Source: Leucoraja ocellata (lineage: Eukaryota). Taken from it: DNA of 64,000 nt. Position numbers and translations under genes: made by a program. How positions within the stretch are numbered: the stretch's first letter is position 1; each line of letters starts with the position of its first letter. This document shows, piece after piece, positions 12,481 to 23,939 of this stretch. The DNA is taken from NCBI GenBank assembly GCA_036785375.1, contig JAWMAR010000489.1, forward strand, positions 1,240,001 to 1,304,000, read 5' to 3'. The notes beneath the pieces are model-generated. The model ran no database searches. It worked only from the letters and a program-made list of their open reading frames with translations, and was not told the DNA's origin.

Positions 12481-12700
12481 TAGAAAAAAATGCTGGAGAA
12501 ACTCAGCGGGTGAGGCAGCATGTATGAAGTGAAGGAATAGGTGATGTTTCAAGTCGAGACCCTGCGATCAGTCTGAAGAAGGCTCTCGACCCAAAACGTC
12601 ACCTATTCCTTTGCTCCATAGATGCTACCTCACCCGCTGAGTTTCTCCAGCATTTTTGTCTACCTTTGATTTTTCCAGCATCTGCAGTTCTTTCTTAAAC
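12481..12700. mobile_element. head-to-head palindromic Penelope-derived hammerhead repeat with 15-bp TSD
   Basis: AAGATAGTCTGAAGG at 12466-12480 and 12701-12715; antisense arm 12481-12563 pairs with the sense arm starting at about 12580. Confidence 0.87.
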
Positions 12701-13884
12701 AAGATAGTCTGAAGGAGTGGTTTGGGAAAGTTTATCTAATTAGCAGAGTATCAGAGTTTCAGCATGAAAACATTTGTAATGATTGAAAGTAAAAATCAAT
12801 GTTACTTTGAACCTCAGAGGCCACATGTGTCTAGCATATCAGTTAAGCAAAATTAATCTTTCAAATTGTTCCAAAACACTGGAGATAAAGGTGAGCATTT
12901 ATATTTTTGCAGACTTGAGAGGATTTCACAAAGTTAATATTCAAACTCCAATCTTGCAAATACCTGAGGCTCACGATAATTCTGTACAATAGTCCTGTTA
13001 ACTTAAAATTATGTCATAAACATAGGTTAGCAATCGGTAGCAAAAAAAAATACTTAGATGAATTACCATGTCGATATCTCTGGTACTTTTCAGGTTACAT
13101 GGGATTTAGGAATATCAGTACTTCAATTGTTCTTTCCAAAACATATGTGAAGAGCATTATTCCCAGATGTTTCCCATTCAGGACTTGGCACAGTTAGGAT
13201 CTGGCTTGTGTGGAAGAATGTCAATGGTGTGGGTCAGCAATTTACTCAGCCTGGGCCCCTCTGAGAGCATGAATAAAGGATCTTGAAAAGACATTCAGAA
13301 AATTCTGATAACTTCACCACGATAGTTCAAACTGTTATAGTTATAATATTTCATTCATTGAAAAAATAATTCTGAAACAAGTTGTGTATTAAGTTCCAAT
13401 GTAAATAATTTTGATGTATGCAATGATCTGAATCATATTTATATGTGAAATTAGCAGAACAACTTTCAGTCTTGCGTTCAGTTGTCTGTTTATAAAGGTA
13501 GGAGACCAATGATGCTATCGTCCTCAATGTACACAAAGGTATTTGTGAAACTATGGGATTGATAGCTTTCTAATTGTGCCATCATATCTACTCTGTGTAA
13601 ACCAATTAAACCCACCTTTTTGGGCTTATCATAGAACTATTGACAGCTATTAAATACTTGAAAGTGGAACCTAAATTGTGGGTTAACTGTGCCATTGTTC
13701 AAATGACTGATGTGTGCAGTAAAGGAACTATGAGCGCCAGTGTTTCCTAAATTGCTTTGTTGGTTTTCAGTGTAAAAAATAATTTTCTAAACATGTTTGA
13801 AACCGATTATCACTGCTTTATTCTTAAAATATCAGTGATGAACAAAAGAATGTTAAATTTGAAAACTAAAAATCTTATTATAAA

Positions 13885-14128
13885 AAGTACTAGGGAACCG
13901 AGGATCTAGTGAGAGGAAATGAAGGGAATCCACATTAGTTAGGTAAACTGTTGGGACTGAAGGCAGATAAATCCCCAGGGCCTGATGGTCTGTATCCCAG
14001 AATATTCAAGGTGGTAGCTGTAGAAATCGTGGATGCATTGGTGATCATTTTCCAATGTTCTATAGACTGGATTAGTTCCTGTGGCCTGGAGGGTAGCTAG
14101 TGTAACCCCATTTTTTAAGAAAGGAAGT
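13885..14128 (+). mobile_element. CR1 LINE RT fragment
   Basis: Translates as DKSPGPDGLYPRIFKVVAVEIVDALVIIFQCS...WRVASVTPFFKKG. Confidence 0.85.
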
Positions 14129-14129
14129 A

Positions 14130-14350
14130 CATCCAGGGAACCCTGCAGCCCTTCCAGGTGAGACGGGTTCACAAACACCTCTCCAAAACACTGTTTACTG
14201 CATTTTGTGTTTCAGATGAGGTCATTGATGAAATCAGGTGGTCTGCTGGATCTCCTGGTTGCCAACCATTTTAGCTTCCCTTTCCATTTTGGACCTCGTC
14301 CAGAACAGCGCCTTATATTTTGTTTATCAGCCTGCTGGATTGTAATTAAA
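14130..14350 (+). mobile_element. degraded Penelope GIY-YIG endonuclease fragment
   Basis: Frameshifted IQG..QPFQVR..FT...VYCI.C, VANHFSFP and EQRLIFCL motifs. Confidence 0.65.
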
Positions 14351-15626
14351 TTGGAGTCAAGCTGATACTAGAACAGTAAAAAGTTGTCAACATCTGGCAA
14401 GTCCTCTATTACTTCAATCTTTCCAGCAGATGGTGTCAAAGATGCAAACAGTAGATAGGCCAGGGCATAAAAAAGCTGGAGCTTAAGGCAGCTGTAGTAG
14501 AACAAGGGGCAGGAAAGAGAATGGGCTGCGTGGGAAGGCAAGTAAAGTTGGGAACCAAGACTATAGAGGCATTTTTGAGAAAATATACATTTATAGAGGG
14601 ATGAGGGGAGCCAAGCGAAAAGGTGTGAAAGCGTGTGCCTGTGCTTGTAGTTAATGAGTGATCATAGTGCATGTCTGTGTTTGTACATGCACGCAACAAC
14701 ACACAAACAGCTAATGTTTTTGTTCAATAATTAGGAAGGATCTTTGGTGATCTTAACTGACTGCTAAATGCTATTAACCAAAACGTCGTAAGGCAGCTTG
14801 CCTCTGAGAACAGTAAATCTCAGGCAGATCTCAATTGGAACGGATCTGTAAATTTAATTAACACACTATTACTCTGGAGAACATGCTGAGATTTCACATG
14901 CCTGTATGTAGGTACCTGGAGATGCAGTGTTTTTTTCTTGTATAGAGTAGCATAAATAATCTTACTCCTAATTTAAGTTGGATTGGTATAGATATTTTAC
15001 AGAATCCACCTATTCTTAAAAAAAAACTATTTCCTGGTATGTAAATAAGTATGGGTAAAGCTATTCTTCAACATTCTTGGTATTTCCCAATCTGCCTGGC
15101 AACGATTTGTTCCCAAACATAAGACCTCTGAGATAATTAGTTTGTAAAGTAATTTTGCCCCAACACTGGCCTGAGAGCTTGCTTAGATTTACTGCAGTGA
15201 TAGTTAATATAGGACAGTTTCAGTACCACACCAATATAGCCCATGTCCTATTGCTAGTGAAAGGTGCAGCTCCATTGAAAAATACTTTCAGAAAACTTGC
15301 TTCTCTCATGACGATGTGTGTTTTTGCTAGTGGATATCAATGAATCTGTCAGAGTTAATTCCTACACAAACTATTTTTTTTTTAAACAAAGCATTTATTG
15401 CTGTATAAATGATTACCAAATCCATGTCAGGTTTAGTGTGATTGCGATAAATGGGTTAAACATTTGCTACAAAAATCTGCCACACCTCCAGAGATTTGTT
15501 TTTAAACTTCATTGAATAGTCTGAACGATAATACAAAAATACTGAGTTTAGATTGGATTTTATATTTTAAACATTGTCTTCAACTGGAAATATTAAACTG
15601 AAGTGCATTAAATAAAAGCTGCACTT

Positions 15627-15649
15627 TTTATTAATTCATTCAATTTATT
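15627..15649 (-). terminator. candidate LAMB1 polyadenylation signals (two AATAAA on - strand)
   Basis: tttatt at 15644-15649 and 15627-15632, about 90-110 nt past the stop; another at 15394-15399. Confidence 0.5.
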
Positions 15650-15736
15650 AAAAAAGAATTAGGCTTTGTGTTGATTGTTCTTCAGCATTAGTAGAGCACT
15701 GTTTTACGTTTCCAGATGCCAGCGAAACGATCCTCA

Positions 15737-15873
15737 TTATAAACAAGTACTATAGATAGCAACTTTCTGGCTGATTGTCTGTAGCAATGTGCGTACATCT
15801 TCTTCCAGTTTTACTAACTGTTGTGCTTTGTCCTCCAAGGCCTTCTGGTTTTCTTCATAGTTTTTCTCCAGTT
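15737..15873 (-). CDS. LAMB1: LAMB1 last coding exon (KLEKNYEENQKALEDKAQQLVKLEEDVRTLLQTISQKVAIYSTCL*)
   Basis: tcaacag acceptor on - strand; TAA at 15739-15737; absent from the ORF track (no ATG). Confidence 0.95.
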
Positions 15874-15984
15874 CTGTTGAAGACAAGTTAGTTGAAAATT
15901 ACAAATCTTGGATAGTTTGATAATTTAGGGACATCAGTCTTGTCACACATCTGCTAAAATATATATATATATATATATAATGAC

Positions 15985-16593
15985 ATGGGCATCACACGCC
16001 TCAGCACTCGTAAGGCAAGGCAGCGCCTTTACCACCTCAGGCAATTGAGGAAATTCAGAGTGTCTCCGAGGATCCTCCAGTGCTTCTACGCAGCGGCGGT
16101 GGAAAGCATCTTGTCCGGAAATATTACCATCTGGTTTGGGAATTGCTCTGCCAAGGACAAGAAGACTGCAGAGAGTAGTGCGTTCGGCCGAACGCACTAT
16201 GGGAACTTCACTCGCCCCCCTGCAGGAACTATACAACAGGAGGTGCAACTCCAGAGCAAATAAAATCATGGGAGACCCCTTCCACCCCTGCAACGGACTG
16301 TTCCAGCTGCTACGGTAAGGCAAACGCCTACGTTGCCATGCGGTGAGAACGGAGAGGTTGAGAAGGAGTTTCGTCCCAGAGGCCATTCGGACTGTAAACG
16401 CCTATCTCACCAGGGACTAACTCTACTGAACGTTTTTCCTTCCATTATTTATTATGTAAAAGAAGATGTGTGTTATGATTGTTTATAATTTGTTTGGTTG
16501 TTTGTCTTTTGCACAAAAGACCGCGAGCATTGCCACTTTCATTTCACTGCACATCTCGTATGTGTATATGACAAATAAACTTGACTGGACTTG
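15985..16593 (+). mobile_element. Rex1/Babar-like LINE, 5'-truncated 3' end
   Basis: KARQRLYHLRQLRKF...AVESILSGNITIWFGNC, LQRVVRSAERT; tail aataaacttgactggacttg; inserted beside (AT)n. Confidence 0.88.
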
Positions 16594-17254
16594 TATTTTC
16601 TATTAGATAGTAACTGTAGTACAATCATTAAAACCACTATTTTCTATTTATTTAAAACATTTACATAAGCAAGATGGGATTTCAATTCCGAAAATCGATC
16701 AAGTGCAACCTTAAACATAAACCATTTGCATTAAGTCTCTCGCAAACAGTAGCTATTGCAACCACAAAATTCCCCAGCGTCTTCAAATAAGCATTTTGGA
16801 TGTAAAGTGCTCAAAATGTAGTTCATAGGGAACAATGAACTGCAACAAGAAACATAAAACTTAGAAAGTAGAAGATTAATAGACCCCCCCCCCTGCTCAG
16901 CCAAAGGGGGGGGATCTATTAATGGGTGGAGAGGAGAGAATGAAAGTCAGGTGGACATTAAAAATGGCAGGTTTGGAGGGGTTCCTCAAATAAAATTGGT
17001 GCACATCAGCTGGTCTGTAAAAGGTTTGGTGCAGTCAACTCCAAGCAGAGAGCTGTTCACTAATGCCTCTCCTTGAACCACACATCAGCACAAATGTGGG
17101 AGAAATGGTGAAGCCCTGCACAGTGCAGGATTTACCTGCTGAAAAGTAAAGAAACTCATAGAAACACCACCCCACTGCTAAATCAAAATGTTGACATACC
17201 AATTGAAAAATAATCAACTTAAATTCATATCCGTAAAGTAGTGAAATCCATTTA

Positions 17255-17422
17255 CCATATTTCCCAGCAATGAAGACGCTATTTTTTACCCAAAAATAAG
17301 GCACGAAAATTTACCTGCGTCTTGGAGGCCGAAGGTTAGGTTGTTAGCCAAGAAAGATAGACTTGGCTATCCCTCAGTACAGCAACATCAAGAACGATGG
17401 GGGGGGGGGGGGGGGAGAGGGA

Positions 17423-17472
<50 letters not shown>

Positions 17473-17590
17473 ATACCCATCATGTTGCCGACCCCTGGAC
17501 TAAACCAAACCCTTGATCCTGTCCCGCCATCCTTTTTTCAAAATATAGCAACTTAAATTGGGGGTGTGTCTTCATTGCCGGGAAATATGG
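17255..17590. mobile_element. Tc2/pogo-like MITE containing G-run and (GA)n microsatellite
   Basis: TA|CCATATTTCCCAGCAATGAAGAC ... GTCTTCATTGCCGGGAAATATGG|TA: 23-bp imperfect TIRs with TA TSD. Confidence 0.8.
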
Positions 17591-19528
17591 TAATTAAAAA
17601 AAAAGTCACCCATTCCTTCTCTCCAGAGATGGCTGCCTGTTACTCCAGCTTTTTGTGTCGATCTATGACTATTCAAACATTGTAATGTGGCCAAAATGAC
17701 ATCTGCAGGGACATCTCGGGTAGCTTCAACCACTACGTGCATGCAGGAAGCTCTCCAGAGAGATCTAAATCAGCAATCTGGCCCTTTCTGCCAAAAGGTT
17801 GCACCACATGGACATTCTTCTAAATAAAGGTTTACGTTTGTGCTTCTCAAAATGGACGTGAAATCCTGTGTATTGTTCAGCTATAGTAAATCAGATATGG
17901 TCACTAAAGTCAACAGCTACCATCATTGCTAAGATCTATGCAGCTTGCAGCATAAACCAGAAAAGTCTAATAGAAACTCCAGCCACAGTTAATCTACAGT
18001 GCAAAGAACTTGTTTTGCGTATTATTTATTTTTACAAGACTGACATTCAATTTTGTCCAGCTCTGTTCAATATTCAACTTGAATATTTCAAAAACAAATT
18101 GTTGCAAGCAAAGAAATCGTTTCCAGAAAAGATCTTATGCAAGGTGTACAAATTTTAATCACCACCACCTAATAATACCTTTTATCAGTATAGATACAGT
18201 TCAATTTAAGAACAAAAGTTAAAAAAACTGAATATCGACTGGTGGTACTGGATCCAGCAGATTTTCTGAATTCATGAATGTGATTCAGCCTTACACATTA
18301 ACACATTTTGAAAATTCACTTTTACAGATATTAACTTGAAACTTTCCAGTGAACCAAGTTTATAGAGAGCCTCTAATCTGGGATCCTGACATTACAGGAG
18401 GAAGCCAGTTGCCAAACCCTCAGGATTTCCAAATGGTCAAATAGCTGATTAGCTTATCTGTTGTTAGTGAAGATTAAAGTTTAATGATTCCATGGAAGCA
18501 GGACAAATATGTTTAAATTGTAATTATTATCCAAACATAATAACAAATATTTCCTGGTGTATTGTTTCATGAACTGTCATTGTAAATTTGCATGGGAACA
18601 GGGTACTTTTCTAATAATCTGTTATCTAATTATTCTGGGTTACTGATAGTTTGGTGCCTTTTCACCAGGACCAGCTTCCTTCATGCCCCCTACCAATATG
18701 TTCCAATTAACCCAGCAAGTATTATTTAAATCTGCAATATCAGAAAAATAAAATTAAGTGTGTTGTAGTATTAACAGAAATAACACTCAATAGTCCCAAA
18801 GATCTGCTTGTCTGGCACCATGTCCTGAGGGGTGCTGGATTATGGCCCAGCGGACAGCAGGGTCGGGAACCCGCCCAGAGGCCTTCTGGACCCGTGAGGG
18901 TGCTGACATTGGACGCGAGGGTGAACCGGGACAATGCCTGCAGCACCTTCAAGGTCAGTTGCAGGAGGCATCCCCGGGACACAAAGATGGCCGGACAAGG
19001 AGAGGGACGTTGGTTTGCAGGAACTGCTCCAATACATCAAGCATGCAGACGCGGAAAATGCACCAAAACATGCATGTGTAATATTTGTAAAACTGTGCAA
19101 TTGCAGATGTGATATACAAAGCACCATTGAGTTTTATTTCAATACTCCACAAGGAACTTGTGTTGGAGCCAACAAGCTCCACACAGCATGCTTCCCCCTT
19201 CTCCTCTGTCCACAATTGGCACTCAGCAGTGACTGAAATATTCAATTTGGACAAGGTTAATTCCTTTTTAAGGATCACTATGAAAAAAAACACAAGTATT
19301 TTGTCAGGCTGAGATTTTGGCTGTGTAACTTGTGCTTTTTCTCCCAGGAATTACCACAGTTTTAGTCCCTAATTAAGCAGCTGGACTGCATTCCATTCTG
19401 CTCAAACAGTTTACAATATCAGGAATTAATATAATTCCAAACTAAATTTAAATGAGAAATATTTGTGTGTAACTTTTAGTTTTGGTCTGTGTTACTCTCT
19501 CACAAATCACATTCAGTACAATACTTAC

Positions 19529-19688
19529 TCTTCAATAATTCCAGCTTCCGGCTTGCATCTAATAACAAAGATTCAGCTTCACTTTGTAACATCTTTGCTT
19601 TCTTTTGAGCATCAGAAGCCATATCTGATTTTTTCTCAATGGTGTCTTCTATTATATTGTACTTTTCTTTAAGGACAGTGTCAAGGAC
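19529..19688 (-). CDS. LAMB1: LAMB1 exon (VLDTVLKEKYNIIEDTIEKKSDMASDAQKKAKMLQSEAESLLLDASRKLELLK)
   Basis: cctag acceptor, gtaagt donor, 160 nt; coiled-coil homologous to the penultimate LAMB1 exon. Confidence 0.92.
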
Positions 19689-19752
19689 CTAGGTTTTGTT
19701 AAAAGAAAAATCTTGTAAATAACGGTCTACATCAGACAACATAATTGGCCAT

Positions 19753-19937
19753 GGTTACACAAAAAAGCTGGAGAAACTCAGCGGGTGCAGCAGCATCTAT
19801 GGAGCGAAGGAAATAGGCAACGTTTCGGCCCGAAACTTTGCCTATTTCCTTCGCTCCATAGATGCTGCTGCACCCGCTGAGTTCCTCCAGCTTTTTTGTG
19901 TAACCTTCGATTATCCAGCATCTGCAGTTCCTTCTTA
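19753..19937. mobile_element. palindromic Penelope-derived repeat (about 75-bp arms) with 15-bp TSD
   Basis: AACATAATTGGCCAT at 19738-19752 and 19938-19952; inverted arms 19753-19828 / 19830-19905. Confidence 0.9.
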
Positions 19938-20149
19938 AACATAATTGGCCATTGCTGATCCGGGGCAGTTTGGGAAATTATGTTAAATGCTAACCATTGT
20001 CTGTCAAGTGTCCTATAAAATAAATAATTCGCAATTTGCAACAAATATACATTAATACAAGGCATACAAATACAACTGGAAAAAGTGAAAGACCATGTAC
20101 ATAAGACATTAATACAAGGCATACAAATATTTGGTAAATACCTCGGGAA

Positions 20150-20700
20150 ATAATTGACCAAATTTATAGGGGGGGGGGGGGGGGGGGGTGTTGTTACCGA
20201 ACTGAACTCACTGTGGAATGAATGCATTAACGGAGCCACTCTGCTGCTGGATCCGAGGTTGTCCGTGCCGCTGATGGTAAAGTCAGTGAAAGCGGCCCCA
20301 TCAGAGACTGTGAGGCCTCGCATCCTCGGCACTGGCTGTTCCCCCGTTGCTCGTAAAGCAGCGGTTGAACATCCGATGTTTGGCTTGAGGCAGCGTGCCA
20401 GAGCGGGGGTCGGACACCAGTGGTAGGGAAAAATTTTGGCGTTTTTCGAGCAGAGCTGGGCGTCAGCAGCCGTTATGGTGGCTGGCCAGCAGGAGGTGAC
20501 AAAATGAGTGAGCCGGGGGGGGGGGGGGGGGAGGGGGGGGAGATTTAATTTAAAAATGTGTACACAAAAATGTCCAAATATTTTGAGGAGTGCATGAGTG
20601 AATGTAAAAGAGAAATCTCTAGCAAAATGGAAAAAATGACGGAGTTTCAGCGTGTGGTGCTGGCAGACCAAGGAATCAAAGGCCAAATCTGACATACACC

Positions 20701-20733
<33 letters not shown>

Positions 20734-20761
20734 GTGCACAGAGTTTTAATAGTACATAGAT
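20150..20761 (+). mobile_element. GC-rich non-autonomous element, possibly Helentron/Helitron2-type
   Basis: Ends in (CA)n...TTTTAATAGTACATAGAT followed by T; internal G-runs; no TIR or TSD seen; 5' end uncertain. Confidence 0.45.
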
Positions 20762-20984
20762 TCAAATAGGACAGAATCTTATTTAACTATTAAATAATAC
20801 TTATCACATTAGTGATCACTAGTTTTATCTTAATCGATGAAACTATAAAAAGTGTAGTGAAAATAATTACTTGGTCCTGTGTACTACTTAGCATGCCCAA
20901 CTCTGCCTCTGATTTCTTTGAGGACAACAACTTTTCTTCAGAGTAAATATCCACAATGAGGTACATGATTAGAATGTTAATAAG

Positions 20985-21150
20985 TGACAGAGGAACTCAG
21001 TGGTACAGACAGCACGTGTAGAGACTGAATAGTCTGAAGAAGAGTCCCGATCCAAAACATTACTTGTTCGTTCCCTTCACAGAAGCTGCCTGACCAACTG
21101 AGTTCCTCCAGCACTTTGTTTATTGTTCAATATTCTAGCGCCTGCAGTCT
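20985..21150 (+). mobile_element. older diverged Penelope-derived hammerhead repeat with 5' inversion
   Basis: gtctgaagaagagtcccgatccaaaacatt...gctgcctgaccaactgagttcctccagc, preceded by an inverted gaggaactcag. Confidence 0.65.
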
Positions 21151-21357
21151 CGTAATGTATGTAATTTTGGCGTCAAATCTGACTAAAACACATGTTTGGT
21201 GCTAAGGGTTTGGACTTGAATGTACATTTGTTTTACTAAGAGCACTTTGGTAGTAATATCCAGGCAGATAGATACCAGAAAGATCAACCAAACTGAAAGA
21301 CACTATAATGCATCATTGTAGCTGTAAAACATTTTACTTTAGGAGATGAATGCTTTA

Positions 21358-21537
21358 AGGGCCTGTCCCACTTATGCAATTTTTTTCACCGACTTGCCGG
21401 CATCCGTCAGTCACAGCAGGTTACTGAAAATGTTCAAAATGTTGAAAATCCAGCAACGACCAGAAAAAGGTACGACTCTTTAGGTGACTACTCACGACCA
21501 AACAGGCGTCACAAGTCGGGTAAGTGGGACAAGCCCT
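21358..21537. mobile_element. PIF/Harbinger-type MITE
   Basis: TTA|AGGGCCTGTCCCACTTA ... TAAGTGGGACAAGCCCT|TTA: 17-bp TIRs, 3-bp TTA TSD. Confidence 0.8.
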
Positions 21538-22139
21538 TTAGGACAAAGCCAGTCTACAACAATTTAATGTAGAGAGTTAAAGGGAATGTAAATGTATTCC
21601 AAGAAAAACAGTAGACTGTTTAGTCTACAATCGCAAAATTGATGCTTTAGTTTTAAATTAGTATTTAGATAAAATTCTAATTTCAGGAAGAAAATTGGGC
21701 AACAAATAGATATAGCATGCAAATATTTGTTCTGAAACACTAACAACTCAACCCTAGAATTAGAAAAGCATTATGCAGAGTCGGTAACACTGTTTTATAT
21801 CGTTTGCCATAACTAGCGAATAATTAAAAACAGTACAGCACCAAAAATGCACAGGGCAGGAACGTATTTTCTAGTTTAAATGTTGAATCTAATTTAATGA
21901 AAACACTCATGGTATGTTAATTAAGGTATTTCATAAGATTCAAGACTAGATCTTGATAAGCAAACGGAAAACAATTGGTAATAATATTGGATTAGAGAAG
22001 GTAGTTCAATTTCCTGGACAACCTCCTCTCAATTACTGAATAGACAAAAATTGGCTCTTGTTTTTGGTTACAAAGGAATTTGGGATATCTTGCTGTGCTA
22101 TAAAAGAAGAACGTTTTCATTGCGCAAATCAGTGCCTAC

Positions 22140-22316
22140 CTGTTTAGCCTCGGTTGCAGCCTGCTTCACTCTCTCTGCTGTTTCTTCAATGTTTTCTGCC
22201 GCATTTGTATTATCTGTAGTCTTTTGCTTTAGTTCATCAATATCTTTTTCAATCTGTGCTAAGCGCACCGTTGCATTGTTGAGACTTTGTTCTGATGCTA
22301 CAGTTTCAGATACAAT
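22140..22316 (-). CDS. LAMB1: LAMB1 exon (IVSETVASEQSLNNATVRLAQIEKDIDELKQKTTDNTNAAENIEETAERVKQAATEAKQ)
   Basis: ttttag acceptor, gtaggc donor, 177 nt, phase 0/0. Confidence 0.93.
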
Positions 22317-23939
22317 CTAAAAGGTATTCAAAAAAGGGCAACATTTTATACTGCCGAACAAAGACAATGCAGGTACAATTCACTCTCTGCAGTTGGAACA
22401 TCTAAGCAACAGTTCAACACAAGAGAGATACTACACATAATCAACATAATTTCATTCAGATTATACTTCAGGTGTGTGAAAATATAGTTGAATTTTACTA
22501 TGCAGATATTAAAGGGGTTCCAGTCACTATACAACAGTGACTGGAACCCTCAAGTCCTATCCAATTGCCACAGGCACAAACCCATTACCTCAGGTGGAAA
22601 CGAACTGTGGGATACACCCAATACAGCAAATAAATATCTTGTCACTAAAGTAAGAGGTTCCTGGTGTTACTCTCTTCCAAAGATAATATACAACTCTCCA
22701 CAAGACTATGGATGCTACTCCAATAATGACAATGTATTATGATCCAAAATGTCACTGTGGCTATGAGTTCCAAACCAAGGAACACACCATTTCAAGCTGT
22801 ACATCTATGTGTACATAATGGCACCACAGCTCCCAGGCAATCATAGAGATTAGGCAGATTGAACATCCGAGTGTGAGGCTTTTAATGTTGTATGAAAGAA
22901 GAAAGTAACTACTAGAATATATAAAGATACAGACAAATTAGTAATGTCAAGTAAATACAAATATTGGGCAAATCAGAGATTGAATCTATATTGGACTGCA
23001 TTCAGTATGAACAATATGTGGTTAATCAATCTTCTTTAATGTAGCTAACCCAAGTGTAACAAAATTCTATTAACCCTGTAACATATTATGATTTCTTATG
23101 TATGCAAGGTGTCAGTGCAATACCCATGACTTTTCAATACTTTGCTATTTTCTTTGTCATCAGTTAGATTTACTTTACATTTCGCTTAGATAAGAAGTTT
23201 AAACAAACAGGTGCCTGTCTGCAAGGCTGAATCGATTATTGAAACAGACAAAAGCCACATGCTACAACTGAAGATGAGACAGAGATAAAAGACTGTTTTA
23301 ATTGGAATAGATTACGCTGTGCATTTGCTGTCAAACAAATATGCACTTAGGAGCCCGTAATAGTTAACTTTGCTCTTGTTCTTTGATCTAATCACAGGAG
23401 TTACAGAGACTGAGCATGGACTATTCTGTTGATACAAATGGCAATGCAGCTGCAGGCAATGGATGAAATGCTGGTATTTTATCCGGAAACATGAACCCTC
23501 AAAGGGCAGTTCAAAGACTCTTCAGACTACAACATTAGCACCCAGATGTTTTACTGCTCTGGGGTTAGCTGTAAATTAACAAGAATCTAAGATTTTTTTT
23601 TTAAGCTTGGCTATATGACAAACTTAATTCATTCTGACAGGGAAGAGTTGTTATTTGATAAACATTTCAGTCAGCTCAAAGAATTAATTCCTCAATGCTT
23701 CCCATGGTTTGATGGGTCGGTAAACAGCACCTTGTGTCATGCTGTCCAGGAAATGAAAGTCTCAGATTCCTGGTATGTGCGGAGTTGCCAGCTCAGCTGG
23801 GGCACTGCAAATACCCTTAACATGTCTGGAATATGGATGACAACAGTAAATCCTGGACTGATTATTGATCCTGATCATTGTTGCACAAGGTTCATGTACC
23901 TGATGGAGCAGCTAACTACATGCTCCATGTTCTGACCAG

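Noticed and set aside
19778-20731. Longest ORF in the track (317 aa, - strand)
   Set aside because: Starts in a (TG)n microsatellite, reads through C-runs as poly-Pro and spans two unrelated repeats; no domain similarity.
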